Source: Massalongia carnosa
Taxonomy: Eukaryota
Direction of reading: 5' to 3'
Length of the DNA stretch: 64,000 nt
Assembly: GCA_965645245.1 (NCBI GenBank)
Contig: OZ287071.1
Coordinates: 1,302,001-1,366,000 of the forward strand
Shown here: positions 38,004-51,000 of the stretch, piece after piece
Layout of the letters: each line of letters begins with the position of its first letter
Numbering within the stretch: position 1 is the first letter of the stretch
Notes under the pieces: model-generated
Database searches by the model: none
What the model was told of the DNA's origin: nothing
Seen by the model: the letters and a program-made list of their open reading frames with translations, nothing else
Translations under genes and position numbers: made by a program

Positions 38004-38904
38004 AAATCACGCCGTGCAAGGCCGGGATGGAGGTAGATGTCTTGTGTGTTTTTATTGATACCAGATGATTTAGCCCGAAACCTTGTCATTCTGCGCTTTT
38101 GAACATGCATCTTCCCTTTTCTTCTTCGTCTTCTTCTTCGTAGGTATCCATATGCGATGCAACCCATCCAAAAAAAAACCCAAAGAAAAAATCACCACCA
38201 TCCCTTTCCCCACCCTTTTAGTTAAAACCCAATATATTACATACCTACCTACCTAGCTACGTAAGCTATCAACACTATGTGAATCCGGCTCACCACTTAT
38301 AGATGGCATGCAAGCGCAGCCCTGACCGAACCGAAAGGGCATTTTTACATCCATCCATCCATCCATACAATACACCGCAACCATAAACAGGCCCCCCTCC
38401 CCTACCCACCAGAATATCCCGGCTCCCCCAAATCCTCTACTCGTCTGCTTCCTCACCCATCCTCCGCTCTTTCAGACGGGGAACTCTGTTCTCAGGGAAA
38501 CAAAGGGCCAAAGGTACGGACTGCTGTGACTTCTACCGAGTACGTTAATCTATATCCTCGGACTTGATTGACATGCAGCCCGAAAGTATCCCTACAGCGA
38601 AGCCCACAAATAAGGCCCTTTCTACCCCAACCAACTGAATTACCGGCTTCATCCTGCCGTGCGACGTTATAACAAAAGGGAACTGTCCCCCTGAGCCCGC
38701 CTGGTAAAGAGCGCTTGGATGTTGAACATAGAAACTGCAAATGGAAAAATGAGCGTGGGAAACATCGAGCTGTAGGTAACAGGTAACGAAACGGTCCCTA
38801 CCGAGCGGGACCGTCGGAAGGAATGATGCGAATATTAACGAGCCATCGAGTGAAACCTGAACACTCCGGGCCAGCGAACCGTAAACCTAAAACGCTCCAC
38901 CCCC

Positions 38905-41102
38905 TCAACTCCTCTGCCCCTGGCAAACCACAAATCCATCGTCCATCAGCCTCAAGACCGTCTGCCCAACCTCCCGATCCAGCGGCAATGCGCCAGGAGC
39001 CTGCCGCTGATCGCACTCGACAAGGTTGGGGTTGCGCGTAGCGCGTAGGATGGAGGAAAAGGAGTTGCTGTGGCTGACGCCGTTGGAAAGGTAGGCCAGA
39101 ATGCCCAAGACATTGGCGATGAGGGTGAAGAATAGGGCGATGCCGTAAGCTAGGTAAAGGTTTCTGGGGTGGTAGGCGTAAACGTTTATGGGCTCAGAGC
39201 GGGTTACGTTGGCGGAGACGGGGGGGCTGCGGGTGATTAGTGAGTGCTTTCGAGAGAGGTTGTGTTAGACGGTGACCTACGAAAGTAAATCGCTGCTTAA
39301 AAGGCTCAGGGTGATGTTGGCGGAAAGTTCCTCAATCAGAACGTCCAGCGTGCGGTTTCGTGCAAAGGCAATATCTTCCGTGCGTTGATCGGAGACCTTG
39401 CCAGAACTGGTGCCGGGTTTGGATGGAAATAAGTTGTGGTTGAAGTCGAAGAAACTTTGCAGGTCGGAGCTGCCTAAGAGCGCGGTTTGTTGGATGTTGG
39501 AGGTGATTTGACTGAACGCATTACTGTCAGAGACAGGGTTTGCGCTAATGTTCTTGTAAAACCCAATCGAGCCGGTGAGCTGGTCGCTCAACGTCCACAT
39601 AAACGCCGTGTAAGCCATTTCCATTTCCTCCTGATCCGAAAATGATGGTCCACTGGGGTAACGGATGCTGTTAAGCGGTTTCAGCTCCTTCCAACTCACC
39701 GTCTGCACCCCCTGGACGAAGGAGAAATTGAGTTGATACGACGTGTTGAAGAGCTGGCATTGCAGCCCATGCGACCGCGAAGCAATGCTGCCATCAGGCT
39801 TCGCCTCATATCTCTGAAATCATAGCCACAACTCGTTCGACCCGTGTGCTGCTCCATTTGTATTTGTGTGATTGGTGACTTGAGCAACCCCTGCGTTGGC
39901 CGCGAGTCCTGCCTTGCTGAGATCGGGCACAAACGCAAAATACGAGTTCTGGATTTCCACAAGTGATTCATTAACGTTGGACTTACTCCTTTCGGCAGCA
40001 GCTTGAATCTGTCTGGCTATGTCTAGGCTGGCGTCTTTGCACTTTACCATGGGGCCGAAAAAGTCAATCTTATAGGTTGCGTTGGGATACGGAGGTGTGA
40101 TTGAGAGGATTTGACCAGTGGTGACAGCGGCAACGGTTAGGCGGGTTAGTATGGTTCTTGGCCTCAGAAACCACTGTTCATCGGGAGAGCCGCCAGGGCT
40201 TGGAACGGTGTAAGCAAACCGATGTGCCTGGTTCGGATCTGAGATGTTCAATGAAAACACATTGGTCATGAGGGAACGATCACGCATAGCGAGCCCGACC
40301 GAGAGGGTGGCGGGCGTGACTAATGATGCGATTGGGAGGCACCTTTCGTTTGTTTAGCTCATTTATCTGATGGAAATCTATTCAGCACATCTTACCAGGC
40401 GATCAAAGCAATCAACGACGGCACTTTAAGCTTTGCGAGCATTTCCAAGTTGAGAAAGGAAAGGGGTGATGTGTAGGCTCCGAAAGCCGCGTCCATCCCG
40501 CTGATCGAAAGACTTGCTCGCCTCAACGCTCTCCATAGGCATTGTGTGAACGCAATGCCGACCGATGCTACTAGGCCGACTTGGGCAACGAAAGCGAAAG
40601 TTGTGCCATATCTAGATGGAATTCTCAGCATGCATCTCATGTGCGGACTCAATCATGCGCCTTTCCAACGACAGCGCAGCCGAAGTTTTTCAGACTTTCC
40701 ATTTCATCCATGAACGTACCTTAACACCTTCTGTTGTTGATCTATGCCACCTACATAGTCTTCCATCAGGGAAGAGTAAAACACGTGCTGTCCGATGGCA
40801 GCCCCCAGTCCGAGCAGATAGGTCAACAGCATCGAGGTTGGCGACCGCCAGTAGATGCTACTTTCCGGGACCACACCGCCACAATATATTGGCTCGACCT
40901 GTCGCTGGGATATCCTCGCGTTCTGCTTTGCAGCTGCAGTGAAGTCGATTTCATAGAAGTCGCCACTGGGTTGTTTCTTGTCCCCCGACGTCAGCATGGC
41001 TGGACTCGGCTCGCCATATGTGGAGCTTCCTAGTGACATTTCGCCCTTCCAGCATGGTCTCTCATAGGTCGACGGACCAGTCTTTTCGCTGTAAGGCAGC
41101 AT
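38905..41102 (-). CDS. Fungal multi-pass membrane protein of unknown function (family often auto-annotated 'formylmethionine deformylase-like'), 4 exons, with one in-frame TGA
   Basis: LGLGAAIGQHVFYSSL; YGTTFAFVAQVGLVASVGIAFTQCLWR; WCLPIASLVTPATLSV; YAYHPRNLYLAYGIA..NSFSSILRATRN. Premature TGA at 39820-39822. Confidence 0.7.
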
Positions 41103-42537
41103 CTCTCTCTTCCTAGACAACCTTTCTCCAGGAACTCAAAGGAATGTAAAGGATGAAGAAAAGCGACAGGAGAGGAGGATAGGGAGAGAATCCACGTGGG
41201 ACGGGTCATATTGGGAATATCCATCTTGGGGTGATTTAATGTTATCTGATGACGGAATCGTAGTTTGTGCCTGTAGAGTGTTGATTGTGATTTCAGGATC
41301 TGCATAGGCCATTTTTCAGGGGGTTGGAACACCTAGTCACGTGCCACACAAAGCATAACTAGGGTCTTAAGGCTGCATGACTTGACGCTAGACCTAATGC
41401 GCAGTGAAGCAGGCACGCAGGGCACAAACTTTCCTTTAGGGCAATGGATTGAGTATAGTCCGTACTCCGCAACTTGACCGGCGTTTGTTCAGCCCTAATG
41501 ACGTCTCAACCTGCCGCTCATCCCGTGCAGCTATATACCATATACCATATACCCTGCAACCTTCCAGCAATCTCGTCTGATCGAGCATGCCAGGGTATCG
41601 GCGTTTCAGCATGAGCCGTAGAACTGTAGAAGCATTCACTGTAGAAGCATTCCACGAATGAAGAACCTTCAGACCTTAAAGGGTCAACATCAGCAACAAC
41701 GAAAGATTGACTGGAAATGCATCGCCGCCGGAGTGAATGCTGTGCTTGATCAGGCGTTCTATTTATCGCGGTTGTTGTAAAGCCGCAAAGCTATAAAATC
41801 ACGGAGATTTGTGCTTATTATGCTACCCCTGAAGATACGGCATTACCCAAACACCTACTCCTTACGCTAATCTCTACCGGGAGGTTTCCTTAGTCCACCG
41901 TTGGACTGCCGGAGCGCTTGACCTGGCGCCATAGACCAACTCGGCTACGGAGTATGTACACAGGCCAACGTTATTCAACCACCTAGGCGTGCCAGGGTCC
42001 CCTTCCTCAGGTTCTTGGCAACTGACCGTCGTCGGGATTGTGGTTACCGGGGACCGACCATGTCCGATTTGGGGGTTACGCGGAAGTGTACATTGGGAAG
42101 TGGACAGCGCTCGGCCGTAATGCCTGGTGGTGGATATAATGGTAGGAATGTCACGATAGTGGTAAATTGAATTGTCGAGCCGTGCGAGATCTTTACATTG
42201 GGCGAACCGCACAGCACCTCGTTTTGACTCCAACCTCCGAGACGCCAACTTTACAGATAAGGATGGAGCTCATGGAGAGGAGAGCGCATGCTATACCTCC
42301 GTGCAGCGCATGTGTGTGCAACGTGAATCAGGGCCGCCCTTGCAATCGATAGGGTTGTCGTGCAGAGAATAAACAAACACTCTCACGACCGAGCTTCTCC
42401 AACGCCTCCGTGGTAGAAAATGCCACGATTCTGATATAGCGCTGCCCATGCAATTATGCTCATGGTGATAAATCAATGACCAGAGCACGCTAAAACTAAA
42501 ACCTACAGCTTTCCATACATGAAGGTGTGCGCGTCTG

Positions 42538-44282
42538 CTAAAAGCTCTGCGCCGAAACTGTAGCGGGCTAGGAGGATGGTGAGACAAGGACAGGAAGAGC
42601 GGCTGGGTAGAGAGTGAACATACCGGACTGTTGAGTATACTGTTTCTCTTGTTACGCCCTTTCTTGATATGGCTTTTCAGAGCGCTCGAGTCCAGTGGCT
42701 TCAAGAGCTCAAAGCTGCAGAGTAGCTCCCCTGAAACTGACATGACAGCTCCCCAGTTGTCAAACTCTCCGCAATACTGCCGCTGCGTGAGTAAAGAGGC
42801 GCCAAGGGGGTTCTTTGAAAGACCTACGTTTGGTGCGGAGAAAACGGTAACGAGGATTCGATCGTTGAAAAATTCATATCCATCCTCAACCACCATGTGT
42901 GCCCGGCAAACCAAATCGAAGTCGTGTCTCTGTAAAAAGTCCAAGATGACCTTTTTCCCAAAACAGTAGCTCACACCTCGTTCGTTGGCTTCCCAGTCAG
43001 TCTCCATGTCCGCTGGATCGCTCCACAAAAGATCGTTGAGCAGGCCGTAATCAGGTACATCGGTCGGCCGTGCAATTTGCCTGATGTCGTCCATATGAGT
43101 CAAACTAGGTGAGAGGCCTCCGTGAACACAGAATATTTTTCCAGCTACAATCGCCGCGATTGGAAGGCAGTTGAACGTGTCAACAAACGTTTTCCAAACC
43201 TTGATATTACACCTTCGCTTGCATTCATCATAAAAGCCATACACTCTGGTCACGTTTGCACATTCATGATTCCCCCGTAATAGAAAGAAATTCTCGGGGA
43301 ACTTTAACTTGTAGCAGAATAGAAGAAGGATAGTCTCTAGACTCTGCTTTCCACGATCCACGTAGTCCCCAAGGAAGAGGAAGTTGGCGTTTGGCGGGAA
43401 TCCACACATTTCAAACAGTCTGATCAGATCGGTGTATTGGCCGTGCACATCACCAACAATCTTGACTGGTGCCGAAAGCTCTATGAGTGCAGGTTGCGAC
43501 AGCAGAACTTCACGCGCCGCAGTGCATATGGCTGTAATCTCGGCGTTTTTCAAGCATACAGTTTTGGTAACTTTCGCGGAATATCCTGCATCAAGTAGCC
43601 GGGTAATCATGTCATCGAGGTCAATAGATTTTAAGGCACCTATTCCTATGCCTGGTGAGCCTGCAATGTTATCCTCGTCGAGTGCCTTCGCAGTTGGTGT
43701 AGGTGGAGCCCTGGGATTTATGTTATTTTCGCGCTTCACTAGAATAGATTCCTTTGGTTGCTGGGCATTCGATGGGTGTAAAGCTCGCGTCGGCGGACCC
43801 TCGGATACATGGTCTACCTCGCCCTCTTGCTGGGCTTTACTGATAGCCTCATGTCCCTGACCTATAGAAGCGGACAATGTTGGTGATGGCGGTATGGGTG
43901 TTTCTGGTTGTTCTGTGATTGGCGCTGGGGCCACATCGGCGACCGGTGCAACTGGAGGTTGTATGGGTGGTGAACGAACAGATTTGGCAACGTTTGATCT
44001 GATACTGGTGACGGATTTGGTTGAAGCTGCATCGGATCGATCGACACCTCCAGTGGTAGTCTCAATGTTTGATAAAGAAGCTCTTGGGCTGTCTACCTTC
44101 TGAGCCCCTGGTATTTTAGATCTTATAGACCCTCGAAAAGAGCGAGATGATTCTTTTGTATCGGATTTGCTGAATGATGGGTATGTCTGCAGCCCATCGC
44201 CTCCAGATCGGTCAAGAGATGTTGAGGAGTGATTCGTGGGCATCTTCGATCCATCTCGTGACTTTGATGGCTGTTGACCCAT
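42538..44282 (-). CDS. PPZ1: Ser/Thr protein phosphatase PP-Z, 3 exons
   Basis: Myristoylation-type start MGQQPSK, Ser-rich N-terminus, then GDVHGQ, GDYVDRG, RGNHE and SAPNYCGEFDN. Introns 42777-42827 and 42568-42623; last exon PATVSAQSF*. Confidence 0.94.
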
Positions 44283-45773
44283 ACCTGATTCTCCCTTGCA
44301 GCTCCGCGGAACAAGGATCCAATCCGTACAAAGTCTCCAAATTGATGATCCCCTAGCTGTTTGCAATAATATTATATCTAGCTTGCTGTGATGTCCACTG
44401 CCGAGGTTTACAGAATCCAGATTTGACAAGAGCGCCAGACTGGTTTAGGTGGACGAGTGAAGCGCGTCTTAACTTAAGAAACACCGTATTATGGAGGTTT
44501 GAAGAGGACGTATAGAAAGGACAAAGAACAAGTTTCACCGACGGACCATGTGTTGACTGTTCGCAACCTTCCCGGACCTGTAGGTTCTGGTATGAATGGT
44601 TCAAGATAGAGACTGTGGCTCGATTCGAGCAAGAATAGGTCCAGCGGAGCTCCTACTAGGGTCAGGAATAAAACCTCAAGGCCGTAAGGCTGGTGCCGAT
44701 TGCCCTACTCATATATTTGGATGCGACTTCTGGCAAATGGTATTTTTTCGTACTCTGTAGTATTAGGCGTCTGTGATATCAGGTCAGTGTTTTTGTTACA
44801 AGGCAAACCGGCATTGAAATAAACGTGTTACTCAGGCCGTATATATTACCAAGCGTGCATAGGATGGGGGACAGTTGGTGGGCTTGGGGGTTATTAGATG
44901 GTGGGGAAAGCGCAGAACAACAAGACGATCTTCACATCTTTTTAGCCAGACATACTTGTCAAGAATAAAAGGCCCATTGATACCCGAAGCCAGCGGTTAG
45001 GTCTTTGAAGGCGATGGATGATGAGGTTGTGGCTTCAGAAGGTAAGAAGTGGGTGAAAACAGGTACGAAACAGATTGTGGCTTTCAGAGGGGTGGATGGT
45101 TTTAAGATTGGTTTGGGTAGCCAAGAGTATAAAGACTTGAGTTGCTTTGATTTCTTATGCAAAACATCAGTCACCGCTGTTCTATGAACTCGCCACAATT
45201 CATATCATCTACCTGCCTGTCTTATGTACTTAAGGTATAAAAATGAAATCACAATCCTGGCATTGTCCCACGCTCCGAATGGAAGGTGGGAAGCAAGGCT
45301 CGATTTATTGAAGAGATTTGGTGTCTTCCCTTCCTAACTTTATGTCTGTATTTTAACGCAATCCCTGAATAATCCATAGACTCAGAGGAACAAGACCCTT
45401 AAGTCAAAGGTATTATGTAGTATGAACCCATGCTTGTGTTCCATGCCAGCCAACATGTGCTTTTAACAGAAATGACCAGGAGAGCGTTCACTCCATCCAT
45501 ATCTGCACTAACGCCATGCCGATCATGTTACAACTTAACTGTTCACTGTCCAGCTAACGCTTTCTTAGCTAGATATTTAGGCTTGCTGATTTTCTAATAT
45601 GGCGCTCAGCAGATGTCACAGACAGCTTGGCTATCAGGATTGGCGATTGTTCGATCTGACTTTGCTTCTCTCAAGTTCCTCACAGTTACTAGAGTCGCCT
45701 GAGCAGCACAGCCATACGAAAAGCTCTTTCTTAATCCTGTCACATCGCTCCAAGCCTTAGGTTGGAATGGGCT

Positions 45774-46123
45774 CTAAATCCGTGGCTCCTCAATTTCTAT
45801 CTTCGTGATATGGTGCCCAGGGACCACAATTAAGCCAAGATACCGACTTGTCATGTCCATCTTCAAACCTGATCCTGGGAGAGATGGTGATGCAGTCTCC
45901 AAGGCTTTTGCAGTGGGAAGACGGTACTCAAATGATTGACCCAGGATGATGTTACACTCCTTGAAAACATTAGCATTCCACTTCGGAGTCATGCATCTAA
46001 AGAGCTATTTACATTATCGGTGCATTTAAACTCTCCCACGAATATTCGTAGGTCAGTAGTATGAATGCGCAACTGTTTTCCAAGCATGGACCCAAGGTAT
46101 TTAGTGGCTTCATCATAATCCAT
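45774..46123 (-). CDS. LSM/Sm-domain protein, probably NatC auxiliary subunit (Mak31/Naa38-like), 2 exons
   Basis: MDYDEATKYLGSMLGKQLRIHTTDLRIFVGEFKCTDN/ECNIILGQSFEY...RYLGLIVVPGHHITKIE. Intron 45960-46012. Confidence 0.8.
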
Positions 46124-47175
46124 GCTCTGCGGTCCTAACACTGGTTTCTAGACTTTGCCGAGGGACAAAATTGATAGTTGTGGCGGGAATCTTCAGTGCA
46201 TTAGCGTCGGAACCAAGCCACGTCCGACTCTCTTCAGACTTCACGACTCTCGATGCCTTTTCTTTCAACGTTCTGCCCTCTAAGAAGTGTTGTTGCCAGC
46301 AGTCTAAACAACGATGAAAACACTATGTCTCCGGATGTCTTCTAGTACTGCAATATCTGTTGTAGGGTAAGAATGGTTTCGTGGTCCTTGAGGGGAAACC
46401 CTCACATCTGATTGCTTTATCTGTTTGATTCTTTTCAAATCCTTAGGATGCTGAAACTTATATATGTGAATATTCATGCACCAACAGCCGCATGGACTCA
46501 TCTATTTCATGTTTAATATGGATCTCCTTAGCCGGGGTTTAAAGAAGGCAGGGTTCTCTCAAGATGCTAGAGCGACTGAAAGCCACGGCAGCGAGCCCCG
46601 TGAAGTAGCCGTTTATGTTGAAATATCCAGGCAACATGTGGCATAATCTCTTAAACATAGCATCGCTTGATTAATTTTTACTACAAAGCTCAGAGGGCTA
46701 GTAGATTAGATGGGCGGCATATGGCGTTTCAATCACCAACTGTGGAGCAAAAGACAAGATGGTTGGGAGGACCTGGAATTTTGCAATCATAGCACCTAGC
46801 GAATCGGTGTCAGCAAGAGAACAGCTTGTTAATTTCGGCACATTAAGAAACCTATATCAATAAATAAAGGAGCTTGTAACCCCCGACATGCTACGGCTTT
46901 CTCATTGGAATCGGCTAGGAAAGTTTTGGCGTATTGAATGTTTGAGGACCGCCAACGGATTAGGCATCCTATATCTGGCTGTCTATTCATCTGGTTGATC
47001 CTGTGTCTGATTTCACGCCAACATGAGATGTTAAGAGGTTAGTAGATTATCATCGAGTTTTCTTAGCAAGCTCTGCCTTATGGCTAAGGAATAATGAAAA
47101 CCCACCTACTTCTGTGTGGTGTTATCATTCTCCTTTATGTATTAGAATTAGTTCTACTCTTTCACTAACAAAAAA

Positions 47176-47345
47176 GCAGGTTTAGCTTAGTGGTTTAAAT
47201 TGTTAAATTCGCTTCTGGGTTTAAGAATGGAAGGCTCGGGTTCAAGTCTCTTTACTGACAGTAAATTTCTTAGGATCGGACAGAGAAGTACGACTCTAAG
47301 GTTCATTCCTCCGAGTCGGAACTCTTTTTGCCTTTTGAATCAATT
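47176..47345 (+). mobile_element. Degenerate tRNA-like head plus structured tail: SINE-like element or tRNA pseudogene
   Basis: A-box-like TAGCTTAGTGG (47183-47193), B-box GGTTCAAGTC (47239-47248), stems disrupted by C>T changes, a downstream CGACTC...GAGTCG hairpin and T-runs. Confidence 0.5.
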
Positions 47346-48081
47346 AATTTTTTTATTTTTAAAGAGATTCTCTGCAATCTAGATTATCTAAAGAGAGGAG
47401 TGCTGCTTTTCATTATACCTCCTCCTCACCTATATCATACTACTTTCCATTACTTTGAATCGCTTATCAACTGTCATGCCATGTATCATTCGGCTTGGAA
47501 AAGTATAAAACAAAGCTCAACCATTTATGAATTCCATAAACTGTTTGTTTGATGGTATAAGTGAGCTTGTTCCTGCATTTGAGACTATCAACTAGCAAAT
47601 ACTTCGTCTGCAGCAAAAAGCAGACGGTGACTTTCAGAGAGAGCTCATCTCTTTAAATAGGGGTTGACAACCTCAAGGGCTGCACTGTCTTAAAGATATT
47701 ACATAGACCTTAAATACAGGTAGCATCAAGCTGGCGCTGAACTGTTCATTCTCAAGCAATGTTCATCTCGAGCTCCATTCTAAATGATAATGATTCTTCC
47801 GGAATTCCTTGTCTTTATTATTGAGCACTCTCTTTTTTCTAGGTTGAAACGTCACCCTGATGAGTTACTTGGTGAGGATTTGCGTTGATTTTTCCTACTG
47901 TATGATACTTGAGGATAATGTTCGCTTCTTAAGCATGTCTTTTACTTCATCTCTTATGTATATGAACCTCGCCGATCTGCGGCCCAATGACGCGTTTCCC
48001 TACTTCAACACTCGAGAATAGTGAGGATCGGGATGCTATCTTAGGTTATATCATGTAATTTCACGGCCTGATAGGCCAAAG

Positions 48082-51000
48082 ATGTCTGATTATAGGCCTC
48101 GGCTGCCTTGTCCAAGCCTCACTTCGCCATGTCGATGTAATCTGACTTACATTAACCTTATCTTTGCTGAGTTACATACGAAGCCTTTTCGTTTACCAAG
48201 CTCTCAATCTTGGCGCTATTGAGATGGATAGATTTCTTCATGTTGCAGTTGCAGCATCAGACGACCCACTTAGTTTACCTAAGCCATCACAGGCATCTGA
48301 TGTAGCCCATATAGGATCTGACTATAGCGCTGTGACACGCCGTCCAGATCACGATTGGACTCTAGAGAATCAGCTGACATTAATGATCCTTGTGCAATGA
48401 TGTGATATCTCATGGAAAGACCTCAGAAGAGTATACAACCTTTATTTCGATCTTGAGTCATCTGAAGGTGCACTACGGTCAATGTGGTATGTTTTGCGGG
48501 TAAAATTTCGAGGTCCCTTGGGAGATTGGTCAAGCGTTAGATCGAGCCTTGAAATGAAAGCTCGAACTTTGGGTATTGGTTTCAACCGCAAGAGCATTCA
48601 AGAGTATCCTGGAAGCGTTGAGTTCCCTATACCAAAGGCTACTAAGAAGAGAAGACACGAATTCTCTACTCCTGACCTGTCAGATGTCAATGAGTTCGGT
48701 ATCCTGACCCCTCCAGGCACTTCAAGATCTCGTAGGCAATTTACACCAAGGGCTGTAATACCCAAATTTGGGTTCTGAGCTTGGAGTGCCAAAAGCCAAG
48801 GATATAACTCTCGATACGGCTTTCGAGCCGGAAAAATTTTCGATCTAGCACCTGTATCGCCCCCATATATCGACAGTTCCTTTTACCGCGAGCCTGCGAT
48901 AAGACATATAGGGCGAGAAGTCAATGGAGTTATTCCATTTATTTCAGGTAGATATTAAAGATTTGTTTCAAATAGAAAACAACCTAATAGAACCGAAAAC
49001 GGACATACGAGTTCTGGGCCTCCAAATCGACACCAAATTGAAATGGGGAGCCCACATACGGAAAACACAGGAAAAGATGCCGTCGCAGTCGCTGGCGCTC
49101 ACAAAAATATCGACATCCACCTGGGGAGCTTCTTTCGCGAAGGCCCGGCAGGTTTACACCGCCGTCGTTCGCCTGGCAATGACTTATGGAAGCACCGTGT
49201 GGCACACACCCAGGGAAATCAAGAAAAACAAGGCCACGACGTCCAAACTCAGCGTCATGCAGAACAAATGCTTACGCACCGTGACAGGGGCGTTCAAGGC
49301 AACACCCGTCGAAGTTCTCGAAGCGGAAACGTTCATCGCCCCCATGGAGTTGCATCTGGACAATCTACAGATAAAATCAAGGTATCGTCTACGGGCCGCA
49401 GGGCAGGCGAAACTGATTTCCAAAGCCTGCAACACAATAGCGAACAAGCTACGGGGTAAGGCAGGACGCAAAAGAACGCAACACCTCACCCCAGGAGAGT
49501 TGAAATACGAATGGGCCAGCAAAATGTTGAATAACGAGGCACCAGTCACAATGCCCCCATCGCCCTCGCCCTGGTCCACACCCGACCCGGCGCACCTCGA
49601 AAAATGCACCACGACACGCCATACCATAGAGAAACACACAAAGGCCACCACAGAACGCATCAAGGAACGCTGGGACTCCAAATGGAAGACGTACCAGAAC
49701 CGCATTCCCCGCCCGACAGAGGCACAGTTGGGATCTCTCAGTAGGACGAGACTGAAGATTCACAACAACCTGATGAAAGCGGAAAGCGCGCTAGCCACGC
49801 AAATCCGCACCGAAAAATAGGCTTGGCAAACTTCCTGTTCAATCGTCGGCTACCGGGCGTTATGACCCCGGCCTGCTCGTGCGGATGGCAGAAGCAGACA
49901 GCCAAACACATTATTCTACATTGCAGGCTAATCGACGGCAGATACGAAGTGCTAAAACAAATAGGCACCAACGACTATCGAACGATCATGAGCTCGTCGA
50001 AAATATTGAAAAAACTAACCACATGGATAATAAAAGCAAATTTGCTGACCCAGTTTTCACTAGCATCGCAACTGTTATACGAGTGATAACTCTCATTTTG
50101 TCAAGGATTTCACAGAACATCGAGCGAAGAATGCAGTCCAGAAACGGAACACGTTTGGGATTACGGCGCAGTCTGCATGGTTTTTATCCCTTTAAAAGGG
50201 TTTCCCTGTAAGAATAAGTAGATAGCCCGCATGGGCCGGCCTTCGGCCGGTGTCAGATCGGTACAAGAATCAATCATCATCATCATTAAAGATTTGTTGA
50301 ATTATATTAGAATACGACTTGCTGACCTGATCAGTTACGGAGAATCTTCTTCGTGCTTTACATTACGGATTCAAGAGTGAACTTGTATCATCAATTGTAG
50401 TCTTTGATCTCCACGCTATTCTTCATTCAAATGCAAATATCCACCACTATGACGACGTTGAATATAATCTGGTTACAAATCCATTTATTCAGGAAGTCTA
50501 CGCTTTGGATCTCACCTCTAGAGATCCGTATCATGGAAGGGGGGAGGTAAAAAATCCTATTCACTTGAAAAAGATCCTATTCCACAACACTGATGCGCTT
50601 GGTTTAGTACCTGATTTGGGGTTCCATACCTCGAGAAGCGGTTCTCTGTTCTTTACCTCTAGCAGCCTTTGTCCAAAATCTTCCGAAATTACCAAATAAC
50701 TCAGATCCATTCGGAATCGAGTTCCTGCGGAATTTACCTAGCACCCGCGATGTACGGAGAAGGATCTCTAGACATCCACTTCACCTTAATAAACTCACCG
50801 GCAACTTGGTTGGTAAAATTCTTCAGCTCCTAAACGTCCCGTCGACTCATTTAGACGATGGTGCATTTGCCATCATCAAAGACTGGAAATTCCGTAACTA
50901 TTCAACCTGGACTCAGAACGATAACTTCCGGACGATTGTGAGAGAAGGATTTGAAACGGCAGGTGAAATGGAAAAATCTAGCTTTAAATTAACGAGGTTT

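Noticed and set aside
41623..41652. 15-bp tandem duplication ACTGTAGAAGCATTC x2
   Set aside because: Ordinary slippage duplication with no further structure.
44283..44429. N-terminal extension of PPZ1 in the 712-aa ORF call
   Set aside because: It starts at TTG, and the family-typical myristoylated MG start is at 44282.
47176..47260. Functional tRNA gene
   Set aside because: The acceptor and T stems do not pair properly and there is no clean 7-nt anticodon loop.
39820..48778. Three in-frame TGA codons as evidence for UGA reassignment or selenocysteine
   Set aside because: Conserved genes here (PRP28, PRP39, ATG5, SPC105) terminate at TGA. The expected residues differ between sites, and one host also has a frameshift.
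48924..48967. ATG 48924 as the start of a LINE protein
   Set aside because: It lies in host exon/intron sequence upstream of the TSD, in another frame; a chance fusion to the truncated ORF2.
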